Source: Candidatus Amesbacteria bacterium RIFCSPLOWO2_01_FULL_48_25
GTDB taxonomy: Bacteria > Patescibacteriota > Microgenomatia > CAZETR01 > Amesbacteraceae
Direction: 5' to 3'
Length of the DNA stretch: 64,000 bases
Assembly (NCBI GenBank): GCA_001773695.1
Contig: MEXN01000007.1
Span: forward strand, 115,204-179,203
A program made the position numbers and the translations under genes. Position 1 is the stretch's first letter. The number at the start of each line of letters is the position of its first letter. The notes beneath the pieces are model-generated. The model was given only the letters and a program-made list of their open reading frames with translations, ran no database searches and was not told where the DNA came from. Shown one piece after another: positions 1 through 8,399 of this stretch.

Positions 1-1
1 G

Positions 2-520
2 GGGGCTAAGCTGACGGTGGAAATCAGATCCCAGCATATAATTACCCAAAATGTGACGGTGGATGGAAACGGCGATTTTTCGGTGAGTGTGCCCAAAGAT
101 ATTGAGCCTGGAGAGCATACCATATCCATTTCTGCGGTAATAAACGGGGTTGTGAAAAAAGTGACCCGGACGTTTACTGTTTATGCTATCGGGGAAAGTA
201 ATTTGCCGGCGTTTTCGGCAACACCTTCGGCAACTTTAGTGCCCACTGCCAGGCCGTCCCCCACCTCCACGCCGACACCGACCATAAAGCCCTCCCCCAC
301 ACTGAAGCCGTCCCCGACTCCAACGACTGTGCCTGGAACTACCGTGACGCCCACACTTCGACCTACGGCTACTCCCACACTTGGCCCCACAATTGCCCCG
401 TCTCCGACTCCAATGCCGGTAATTCCTCCGACTGGGAATGATTTGCCGACTTGGATTGTAGTAATTGCTGGCATGCTATTGGTTATAGGCGGGACGCATT
501 TGTACCGAAAAGCGGGTTAG
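2..520 (+). CDS. 5'-truncated secreted/surface protein. Pro/Thr-rich stalk (PSPTPT repeats), then a C-terminal sortase-type sorting signal (IPPTGN + hydrophobic helix + YRKAG tail).
   Basis: Frame is open to the window edge. C-terminus reads ...PVIPPTGNDLPTWIVVIAGMLLVIGGTHLYRKAG*, which resembles LPXTG followed by a TM helix and a basic tail. Confidence 0.45.
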   Translation, partial: GAKLTVEIRSQHIITQNVTVDGNGDFSVSVPKDIEPGEHTISISAVINGVVKKVTRTFTVYAIGESNLPAFSATPSATLVPTARPSPTSTPTPTIKPSPTLKPSPTPTTVPGTTVTPTLRPTATPTLGPTIAPSPTPMPVIPPTGNDLPTWIVVIAGMLLVIGGTHLYRKAG

Positions 521-526
521 GCTACA

Positions 527-1087
527 ATGCGGCAAGTGAAAAAGCTGCGAGTGGGACTAGACTTCGACGGGGTTGTAGCCTACAACCCATTCAGAGTGGT
601 CAGGGCGCCTATTAAGTGGTTTAAGAGAGAAATTTTGGGGATCCGCCGCTTAACTTTTTTCGTGCCAAAAAACTGGTGGCAGAGATTTTTGTGGTCTATT
701 GTTCATGAGTCAAGTATTTGGCCAGCGACAGGAGTGGATCTTTTGAGGATTATGGCCCAAAACCCGCATTTTGAATTCCATTTGATTACGGCTAGGTTTG
801 GATTTTTGAAAGGCAACCTCTACAATTGGCTAGAAAAAAACGACTTAAAAGACATTTTTAAGACGATCAATGTTAACGAGAATTATGAACAGCCGCATGA
901 GTATAAGTTGAGGGTAGTGAAACAACTGCAACTAGATTATTACGTGGAAGATAATTTGGATGTGGTGGTTTTCTTACGGGATAAGGCGAGGGGGAAGGTT
1001 TTTTGGATTTATAACTTCATGGACGTGCGCCACCCGTATCCCCACAAATTCCCCTATCTGAAAAGGGCTCTGGAAGAAATTAAATGA
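527..1087 (+). CDS. HAD-superfamily-like hydrolase/phosphatase (motif I LDFDGVV); function unknown.
   Basis: N-terminal hhhDxDGV motif; 186 aa; first gene of the glycosylation cluster. Confidence 0.35.
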   Translation: MRQVKKLRVGLDFDGVVAYNPFRVVRAPIKWFKREILGIRRLTFFVPKNWWQRFLWSIVHESSIWPATGVDLLRIMAQNPHFEFHLITARFGFLKGNLYNWLEKNDLKDIFKTINVNENYEQPHEYKLRVVKQLQLDYYVEDNLDVVVFLRDKARGKVFWIYNFMDVRHPYPHKFPYLKRALEEIK

Positions 1088-2169
1088 GAGTTTTGTTTTC
1101 AATCACGTATTACACACCCTATGTCTCCGGACTGACAATCTATGTAAAAAGACTGGCCGAAGAACTGGTCAAGAGAGGCCATGAATGTACGGTATTGTGC
1201 ATGCGGCATGACAACAACTTGGCTGATTCGGAGACGATCAACGGCGTCAGAATAGTTAGAGCTAATCCCCTATTTAGAATCAGTAAGGGATTCATCTCCT
1301 GGGAGTGGGTAGTCAAATCCTGGTTGCTAACAAAATCGGCAGACGTAACGATTGTAAACTTGCCTCAGGCGGAAGGGTGGATGCCGGCCATGATGACAAG
1401 GAATAAAGTGGTCGCGATATACCACTGTGAAATCGACTTGCCGAATAGGTTCATCCAAGCAGTCCTGGAGGGACTGAACTGGCTAACCCTGGCAGTAGCT
1501 GACAAGGTGATCACTTATACAGAAGACTACGGCAAGCACAGCAGGTTGTTAAAAAGGTTTTTAAACAAAACTAAATATATCTACCCGCCGATTCCGATTC
1601 CTAAGACCACAGACTTGGGGATTAAAAAACCAAAAGGGGAGACGTGGATCGGGGTGGCGGCGAGATTGGCCCAAGAGAAGGGGATTGAATATCTAATCGG
1701 AGCGTTGCCACTGTTAAAAAATTGTAAGATTGTTGTTGCCGGGCCTGTGGAACCGGTGGGAGAAGAGGAATATAAAAATAGGATTATGAAATTAGTTGAA
1801 AAACATAAAGATAGGGTCAGATTCTTGGGGACGATTGATCCGGAAAAGATGGGCGGGTTTTATAAATTAATTGACGTCTTGGTATTACCGTCGGTAAATT
1901 CGACCGAGGCATTCGGCATGGTTCAGGTCGAGGCAATGATGATGGGGGTGCCAGTTGTCGCTACTGACTTACCGGGCGTCCGAGTACCGATTCTAAAAAC
2001 TGAAATGGGTGAAGTTGTGCCGATTAGAAATCCCCAAGCATTGGCAAGTGCCATTGTTAAGGTTTTAAAGACCGGAAGTTACTTTGCAAAACACAGGGAT
2101 GTCGTGCTAACCGAGTTTAATATTAACAAAACAACAGCTTCATGGGAAAATCTACTCAATGAGATTTAG
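1084..2169 (+). CDS. Glycosyltransferase family 4 (GT-B fold, retaining).
   Basis: C-terminal EAFGMVQVEAMMMGVPVVATDLPG (EX7E-type GT4 motif); 361 aa. Confidence 0.85.
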   Translation: MRVLFSITYYTPYVSGLTIYVKRLAEELVKRGHECTVLCMRHDNNLADSETINGVRIVRANPLFRISKGFISWEWVVKSWLLTKSADVTIVNLPQAEGWMPAMMTRNKVVAIYHCEIDLPNRFIQAVLEGLNWLTLAVADKVITYTEDYGKHSRLLKRFLNKTKYIYPPIPIPKTTDLGIKKPKGETWIGVAARLAQEKGIEYLIGALPLLKNCKIVVAGPVEPVGEEEYKNRIMKLVEKHKDRVRFLGTIDPEKMGGFYKLIDVLVLPSVNSTEAFGMVQVEAMMMGVPVVATDLPGVRVPILKTEMGEVVPIRNPQALASAIVKVLKTGSYFAKHRDVVLTEFNINKTTASWENLLNEI

Positions 2170-2817
2170 GCTCAATAGAATTTTTTATTACTTGAGGTCT
2201 GTTTTTGTGATATTAAAAGAGGTTCCGCCCAAATCATGGCTTGGTCTGTTAAGAAAGAGGGTTTATTTAAGACGCTTTGGGATCAGGCTGGACATTTTAA
2301 ACTTCCTGGACTTGTTGGTGATTAAAGAGGTCGTTGTAGATGACGAATATAGGATTGGCGGCCTAGTTGGCAAGGTCGATAAAAAGATAATTGATATAGG
2401 AGCTGGCCTGGGTGACTGTTCAATTTTAGTAGCGAAGCGTTTTCCCAACTCTATCATTTATTCATTTGAGCCAGATATAAACTATTTTAATTTGTTGAGG
2501 AATAACATTGACCTAAACGGAACTTATAATATTGTTCCCATAAACGCCGCCATTAGTTCATTGAACGACTTATTCACACACACACACACACTAACGTTGA
2601 TGTGTTGAAAATTGACTGTGAAGGTTGTGAGTTTTCAATATTAAAACGTGGATTTAGATATTTAAAAAGGATTAAGAAAATCACCATGGAATATCACAAT
2701 AAATTTGGAGATGTGGATAAGCTGGTCGATTTACTAAAGAAGGCTAAATTCAGCGTGATCCAAATACCTACAGTTGGAGTTCCACAAATAGGTCATATTT
2801 ATGCGTCGCTAAAATGA
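2159..2817 (+). pseudogene. FkbM-family SAM-dependent methyltransferase split by a frameshift inside a (CA)8 tract. Possibly phase-variable, or a sequencing artefact.
   Basis: ORF 2159-2608 carries the SAM motif IDIGAGLGDCSILVAKRF. ORF 2602-2817, read upstream in its own frame, gives NVDVLKIDCEGCE, the FkbM signature. The two frames switch exactly at cacacacacacacacac (2575-2591). Confidence 0.55.
2575..2591. repeat. (CA)8 dinucleotide microsatellite at the frameshift site of the FkbM methyltransferase.
   Basis: Sequence cacacacacacacacac read directly. Confidence 0.9.
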
Positions 2818-3566
2818 AAAAGTACCTAGAATACTATCTAAGATATCGCCCTTTGTTCTTGTCTTTAATCAGAGCCAAGGAGGCTTGGCTGTGGCAGAAA
2901 TATTTACCTCTTAAAAGGCCTGTTTTGGACTTGGGGTGCGGCGATGGGTTTTTTGCAAAAATTACTTTTGGTCACCTGGACATTGGGCTGGATGTCAAAG
3001 AGAGTCGGATTAATGAAGTTAAAGATGGGACTTATAAAAAATTGGTTGTTTACGATGGTCACAAATTTCCCCTAAAGTCGGGGTCGGTAAATACAGTGGT
3101 GAGTAACTGTGTTTTAGAACATATTGAAAATTTGGACGAGGTGTTAAAAGAAGTTTGGCGGGTGCTTAAGCCGGGAGGGGGTTTTTTGACGACAGTGATG
3201 GCCAAACCATGGGAAGAAAATTTGGCGGGAAGTCTACTTCTGGGTAATACATATAAAGCCTGGATGAAGAAAAAACAGGTGCACTTTAATTTATTAGACA
3301 GCGAAGAGTGGAATGGGGAGTTTAAAAAAGCGGGGTTTAAAATTGAGGAGGAAATCGGGTATTTATCCCCTGCAGCCTGTAAGCTAATAGATATCTGCCA
3401 TTATTTGTCCCTGCCGAGTCTGGTTTTATATACTCTGACTGGAAAATGGGTTTTGGGACTGGAACACAAGCTTTATCCAGTAGATTGGTTGGTTAAAGAA
3501 ATTACTGAAAACGCGGAATCGGAAAAATCCGGAGCTATTTTTTTTGAATTAGTTAAACGTGATTAA
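2814..3566 (+). CDS. Class I SAM-dependent methyltransferase (Methyltransf_11-like).
   Basis: Motif I VLDLGCGDGFFA; acidic motif II; 250 aa. Confidence 0.8.
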   Translation: MKKYLEYYLRYRPLFLSLIRAKEAWLWQKYLPLKRPVLDLGCGDGFFAKITFGHLDIGLDVKESRINEVKDGTYKKLVVYDGHKFPLKSGSVNTVVSNCVLEHIENLDEVLKEVWRVLKPGGGFLTTVMAKPWEENLAGSLLLGNTYKAWMKKKQVHFNLLDSEEWNGEFKKAGFKIEEEIGYLSPAACKLIDICHYLSLPSLVLYTLTGKWVLGLEHKLYPVDWLVKEITENAESEKSGAIFFELVKRD

Positions 3567-5148
3567 TCATTTGAAAAAATTGTATACGGTTTCTGGGTTT
3601 GTTGTTTTTGCGTGCATCTCGCTTTTGGACATGTTGGCTTTAAAGAGTCCTTTAGCTGGAAAGGCCGGGGTTGTTTTCTGGCTTTTATCGTTTTCTTATT
3701 TGGGAGTGCTTTGGGGATATTGTTTATTTACTATTCTTAGAAGGTTTAGGGCTCATATTGTTACGATTCTCTCGCTAGTGATAATGGTTGGGTTGGTTTT
3801 AATGAACACATCTAATCCTAGAAATGTAAGTGGAGAAACTACACAAGAGATAAATTGCGCCATGCGACTTTTGAAAACGACAGACCTTGGTTTTCATCAG
3901 ACTTGTCTTTTTGGCTATCCAGCCCGCCAGTTCTTTTTGCCCGCCCTTCCTTCAATCATCTGGGGGAGATCTCTTACTGCTTTGAATCTTGGGGGTGGTC
4001 TATACTTCGTTTTGGGAATAGTGATTTTTTCTTCTGGTGTCCTCAAATTTCTTGATAAGTCTGGGTCTGGCGACTTAATCAACGGCATACTAATGGCTTC
4101 AATCTATCACTTTCACTATTTCAATCATTTCATGTTTTATTACGAACAAAGCGTTTTTCCCCTCAGCCTGGGTCTTATTGTTGTCGGAACACTCTTGCAC
4201 TACTTGGCCACTCATAGCCAGATATTTTTGGTTCTGCTGGCTTTTTCGCTGCTATACCTCATATTTTCATACACTCCTAGCCTGGCATTAGTTTTTCTCG
4301 TTATTGGCGGTTTGTTATATCTTGTTTTCTCACCCAAACATAAGTGGAGTGAAAAGATTCTCTTAATGGCCTTGGTAAATTCGCTTTTATTTTCACTTCT
4401 ATTGTCAACAAAATTCAGGTCTGATATCAACATTTTCTCCCCTCAAACTAGAGGTTCGGAGGAGCTTGTTTCTGACCTCAAACAGGCTTTCTATCTCCTG
4501 GTATTTCAAAAAGGGGGGGTGGTTTTTGTGTCGCCCATGTTTAACTTTGTGTTTGTTTCTATTGTTGTTATGTCATTATTGTTTGTTTTTGGCAATAGAG
4601 TCTTTGTCATCGGATTGTGGATGGTGGCTACGATAGTTATTTCGGTGATTGCCAAGGGGTACACGTACTATGGTGCCGATTTCCGGTTGCATCGAGCCTT
4701 GGTAATAATTCCGATTTTTCTGAGTTTATTGGCGCTTGCGATTAAAAAGTTTCCCCGTAGGCACTTGTTCGTCTTGTGGCTCATTTTGTTGACCACTGGT
4801 TTAAGTGTCACGGGGACATATCTCAAGTCGAAATCTGTCAGCCAGCACTTTAATTTTATCCGCTGGATTCAGCATAATGTTCCGGTAACGAAACTGCAGA
4901 TGGCTCGTAATTTGTATGTAACCACCGGGCCCACTCGGATCGAAAATCTAATTTCGTTCAACGACACCCTCCAATATTTCATCCCCCGACTCACCGCGGT
5001 CACCAATTACGATTGTCAAACGCCAATTGAAAGTGGAGATTATTTAATTACCCTCGAAACTGAGTCCTGTGATCTCGAATCCTACAAAAAACTTGGCATG
5101 TTTCGAGCCAGCCCCGGAGCTGGCTTGGTGGTCTATGAAAAAAAATAG
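3559..5148 (+). CDS. Polytopic integral membrane protein (>=10 predicted TM helices); possible glycosyltransferase/polymerase of the envelope cluster.
   Basis: 529 aa, highly hydrophobic, no recognisable soluble domain; lies within the GT/MT cluster. Confidence 0.4.
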   Translation: MINHLKKLYTVSGFVVFACISLLDMLALKSPLAGKAGVVFWLLSFSYLGVLWGYCLFTILRRFRAHIVTILSLVIMVGLVLMNTSNPRNVSGETTQEINCAMRLLKTTDLGFHQTCLFGYPARQFFLPALPSIIWGRSLTALNLGGGLYFVLGIVIFSSGVLKFLDKSGSGDLINGILMASIYHFHYFNHFMFYYEQSVFPLSLGLIVVGTLLHYLATHSQIFLVLLAFSLLYLIFSYTPSLALVFLVIGGLLYLVFSPKHKWSEKILLMALVNSLLFSLLLSTKFRSDINIFSPQTRGSEELVSDLKQAFYLLVFQKGGVVFVSPMFNFVFVSIVVMSLLFVFGNRVFVIGLWMVATIVISVIAKGYTYYGADFRLHRALVIIPIFLSLLALAIKKFPRRHLFVLWLILLTTGLSVTGTYLKSKSVSQHFNFIRWIQHNVPVTKLQMARNLYVTTGPTRIENLISFNDTLQYFIPRLTAVTNYDCQTPIESGDYLITLETESCDLESYKKLGMFRASPGAGLVVYEKK

Positions 5149-5166
5149 CACCGGAAGAGTCAGGGG

Positions 5167-6813
5167 CTAAATTTTTTGTCTGCCAAAAATGATGGCTTTG
5201 GGGTGGTCGTAGACGGAAAGGGTTTCGTCGGCATAATCGTCGACAAAACTGATGCCCATTTGAGAGCAGTCCTGGAGAGGGCGGGCGGCTTTGCCATAGC
5301 TTATTCCAGGCGAGGTAAGACAGAGGTTAAACCCGGGAATGGGGATATTGGGGCGCGAAGTGAATTGGGCGATAGGGACAAATCCCAGCGAGCCATCGAA
5401 GAGCGATTTATAAAATTGATTGGTGGTGGGGTACTGCTCGGGGACAGTCATTATTGATCCATAAAGCCGGTTGCTCGAAAGCACAATATAGTCTACTTGC
5501 GACAGCCGAGATTGAATCAGTGACCATTTTTGGGGAGAGTCGGGGTCGTAGAGGGGGAATTCTACAAACTGAAAGTTGGGATGTCCTCCCCAGGGCAAGC
5601 AGTCGTCCCAATGCTCGCAGGAGATACGGCTGCCGGGGGGTAGATTTTCAGCTATCCACCGCGAAGCTTCTATCCGAGAGTGAGGGCGGGTATAAATACT
5701 TGTGAAAGAAAAAGGCCAAACTAAAATGAGAATAACGTATAACGTATTACGTATTACGGAGGAGGGGTGCAATATTTTGTAAGCCATAAATCCAGCAAAG
5801 ATAGCCAAAAATGGATAGACAGGATAGAAATAACGCAGGGGCTGGGCGTACTGGAAACTTTGATAGGTGAAAAGCAATAAGGCCCAGAAAAGGGCTAAAA
5901 AAGTGGGGGGGTGACGGTAGTGATAAATCAAAAGGTAAAAAAGACCAAAGATAACAAGCAAGCCCAGAGGAAGGCCTAGTCCCCAGAGGAGATTGTTTTC
6001 CAGAGAGTACCAGGAGGGGATATGGGTCCATTGAACTCCGGGGGGGTAATAGATATAGGGTTTATTGAACGAATTGAGCTGCTGCCAGTTGGCCAAGACT
6101 TTGGGGTTGAGGTGAAAGTTGTCTTGAAAAAGATAAGGCTGAGCGAGCCGAACAGTCAAGTAAAGAGTAATAGTGAATAGTAATAGAGAAAGGATCTTGG
6201 GCCGGGAAAAGATAAAACCCAGAGCGATGACGGGCAGGAATAAAAGGGCGGAGATTTTGGCAGCGACGGCTAATCCGAAAGCGATACCTAATAGTAAATA
6301 GCGTCTAGTGACTAGTGTATAGAAGGTAAGCGACAAGAAAAAGACGAGGAATGAATCGACGGCGAAGAAGTGAGAAAGCTGGATGGAGAGGACTGAAGAG
6401 GCGTAACCTAGTGCCCCCAAAACGGCGATAACACGCTTGCCAAACAGGCGAAAAGAAATCAAATAAACCAAAATCAATGTTCCCAGGTCAAAAACGGCGG
6501 AAATTGCCCGGCCGACGAGAGTAAGCTGGTTGTAGTCCCCTTTGCCTAAAAATTCGGCGATGAACTTGACGAATATTACTGGAAAAGTGCCGTAGACGTA
6601 GAAGCCGTAGCCGATGTTGTGGGGATTGAGGGGGGAGGTGGGCGTATTGAGATAATGAGAGAGATTTCGGGGCCAAGACATGGCATTGGCCACCATTGTC
6701 AGGAAGCGCTCGTCGGGATGGAGATGGCCGTTTTGATCCCAATTAAGGCCATAGAGACGAAGGCCAGCGGCCAAAAGGAAAATGACGGCCAAAACTTTTA
6801 GGTTGCGGGGCAT
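5167..6813 (-). CDS. GT-C family glycosyltransferase, GT39/ArnT/PMT-like (polyprenyl-phosphate-sugar dependent).
   Basis: N-terminal TM followed by the GLNWDQNGHLHPDERFL loop (DE-containing first periplasmic loop typical of ArnT/PMT); 548 aa polytopic. Confidence 0.6.
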   Translation of the reverse strand: MPRNLKVLAVIFLLAAGLRLYGLNWDQNGHLHPDERFLTMVANAMSWPRNLSHYLNTPTSPLNPHNIGYGFYVYGTFPVIFVKFIAEFLGKGDYNQLTLVGRAISAVFDLGTLILVYLISFRLFGKRVIAVLGALGYASSVLSIQLSHFFAVDSFLVFFLSLTFYTLVTRRYLLLGIAFGLAVAAKISALLFLPVIALGFIFSRPKILSLLLFTITLYLTVRLAQPYLFQDNFHLNPKVLANWQQLNSFNKPYIYYPPGVQWTHIPSWYSLENNLLWGLGLPLGLLVIFGLFYLLIYHYRHPPTFLALFWALLLFTYQSFQYAQPLRYFYPVYPFLAIFAGFMAYKILHPSSVIRNTLYVILILVWPFSFTSIYTRPHSRIEASRWIAENLPPGSRISCEHWDDCLPWGGHPNFQFVEFPLYDPDSPQKWSLIQSRLSQVDYIVLSSNRLYGSIMTVPEQYPTTNQFYKSLFDGSLGFVPIAQFTSRPNIPIPGFNLCLTSPGISYGKAARPLQDCSQMGISFVDDYADETLSVYDHPKAIIFGRQKI

Positions 6814-8378
6814 ATGTGGGAAACATTATAAATACTGACTCCGGTCGTAGGGTTGTGATATTGGGGAGAAAAATTGTTTTTCCACAAGTTCCAGTTGGGG
6901 AAGATAAAATTTTCTGGGCGGTTGTTGAGCTCGACAAAAGAGATATTATTCCGGTGTAGCAATCGGCAGGCGGTAATGGAATCCGGGGCACGGTAAATAG
7001 CTAACGCCTGATACTCGCGGGTGGCTTGGTCGTAGCCAAATGACCAGGTGAAGTAGGAATAGCCGTTGAATATTTTACGGCCCGCTAGTGACGCGGGGTG
7101 GTAAAACCAAGTGCTGTTTAAGACAATGGAATCGGGTAGAGTATTTTTTTGGAAATATTGGGCGTCAGGGTTGACGGTAATATCCGGTAAGTGGAAATAA
7201 AAATCATTTTTGACGGGGAAGAAATCTACAATTCCACCCAGAACCAGGAGGGGGAGCAGAAGCAAAAGAGGTTTAATTTTAACCAGGACGTAGGCCGTGA
7301 ACATGGATCCGATGATGAGGAAGAAATTGAAAAATTTATGGTTGTTGATAATGTCGGTAGAAAATTTAATAAGATTGGGGGCAATAAATAGGACGAGCAG
7401 AGGGAAGATTAACTTCCTGGCCTGTTTGGGAGCCATTAAAAATCCCAAGGGGATGAATACGAGATGCAGGCCAATGTTTAGAAACCAGAAGCGCAAAAAG
7501 TTCGACCAGATAACGGGGGGCTTGGTAAGGAATCCCAAATACCAGGCGAGTTGAGAAGTGTCGTTGGATATCAAACGGCTAAAAAACAGCCAGGGAACGG
7601 CGCCGACGGCCGAAAGCAGCAATGGTGTCCTGAGCTTGGGCTGGAAGATAAAATAACTGGCGGCAAATAAGGCGACGATGGCTAGGGCCGCTTGGTTGAG
7701 AAGGACTAGTGAGCCGGCGATAAAGCCAAATAAATATAGGTAGCGGCGATGGTTAAATTGCAATAAATAGATTAAAAGCAAAGCTATAGCAAAGGATAGA
7801 CCTAGGTGGCGCTGGTTAGTGTAAATATTTAGGTTCCAGAAGGCAGTAATTGCCGAACCGTTCCAAGGGCCGAAAGAAGGGAATTGAGTAAGAGATGCTA
7901 GATTAGAGATGCTAGATATTAGATTAAAATTATTGGATTTCAAATAATCCAGCCAGGAGAGGGAGGAGTTGAAGAGAAAAAAAATGACAGATAAGTAAGC
8001 GGTTAGGCGGCTTGTGAATAGACGATAGGTAAAGAGCCAAATCATTATTGTCAGGAGAAAAAATCCAATGGCGCTATTTAGATTCAGGGCCCAGTCTATA
8101 GGCATCCCCAACCGTTCAAAGATGCCGGCTACGAAGTAAAAAAGGAAGTGGTAACGAGTCGGTTCGCCGGGGAATAGGGGGGATTGGGGAGGCCAGTTTG
8201 ATCCCAAAGAGAAAGAGCGAATTTGAGGTAAGTGGCTCCCAAAATCGCTCCAGTACTTGGCAGATATGAGAATATTGTGAGTCGTGGTGTCATAAGACAA
8301 GGTATGCCACATGAGCCAGAAGGAGAAAAAAAGAAGTATGAGGAAGAACGTATAACGTATAACGAGATATTTTGGCAT
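6798..8378 (-). CDS. Polytopic membrane protein, GT-C-like (paralogous organisation to the preceding GT39-like gene).
   Basis: 526 aa, many TM helices. Shares the ACGTATAACGTAT 13-mer and hydrophobic N-terminal architecture with the neighbouring gene. Confidence 0.4.
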   Translation of the reverse strand: MPKYLVIRYTFFLILLFFSFWLMWHTLSYDTTTHNILISAKYWSDFGSHLPQIRSFSLGSNWPPQSPLFPGEPTRYHFLFYFVAGIFERLGMPIDWALNLNSAIGFFLLTIMIWLFTYRLFTSRLTAYLSVIFFLFNSSLSWLDYLKSNNFNLISSISNLASLTQFPSFGPWNGSAITAFWNLNIYTNQRHLGLSFAIALLLIYLLQFNHRRYLYLFGFIAGSLVLLNQAALAIVALFAASYFIFQPKLRTPLLLSAVGAVPWLFFSRLISNDTSQLAWYLGFLTKPPVIWSNFLRFWFLNIGLHLVFIPLGFLMAPKQARKLIFPLLVLFIAPNLIKFSTDIINNHKFFNFFLIIGSMFTAYVLVKIKPLLLLLPLLVLGGIVDFFPVKNDFYFHLPDITVNPDAQYFQKNTLPDSIVLNSTWFYHPASLAGRKIFNGYSYFTWSFGYDQATREYQALAIYRAPDSITACRLLHRNNISFVELNNRPENFIFPNWNLWKNNFSPQYHNPTTGVSIYNVSHICPAT

Positions 8379-8399
8379 TTTTTAATTATAATCTACACT

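Noticed and set aside
5738-8363. Shared 13-mer ACGTATAACGTAT in the two adjacent GT-C genes, considered as a mobile repeat or regulatory site.
   Set aside because: It occurs only twice, both times inside coding sequence of neighbouring paralogous membrane proteins. Paralogy or chance is the simpler explanation.
8232-8399. Upstream extension of the 752-aa ORF (MAPKIAPVLGRYEN…).
   Set aside because: It overlaps about 150 nt of the convergent or divergent minus-strand gene and lies upstream of a TATAAT box. The hydrophobic N-terminus starting at GTG 8400 is the more plausible start.
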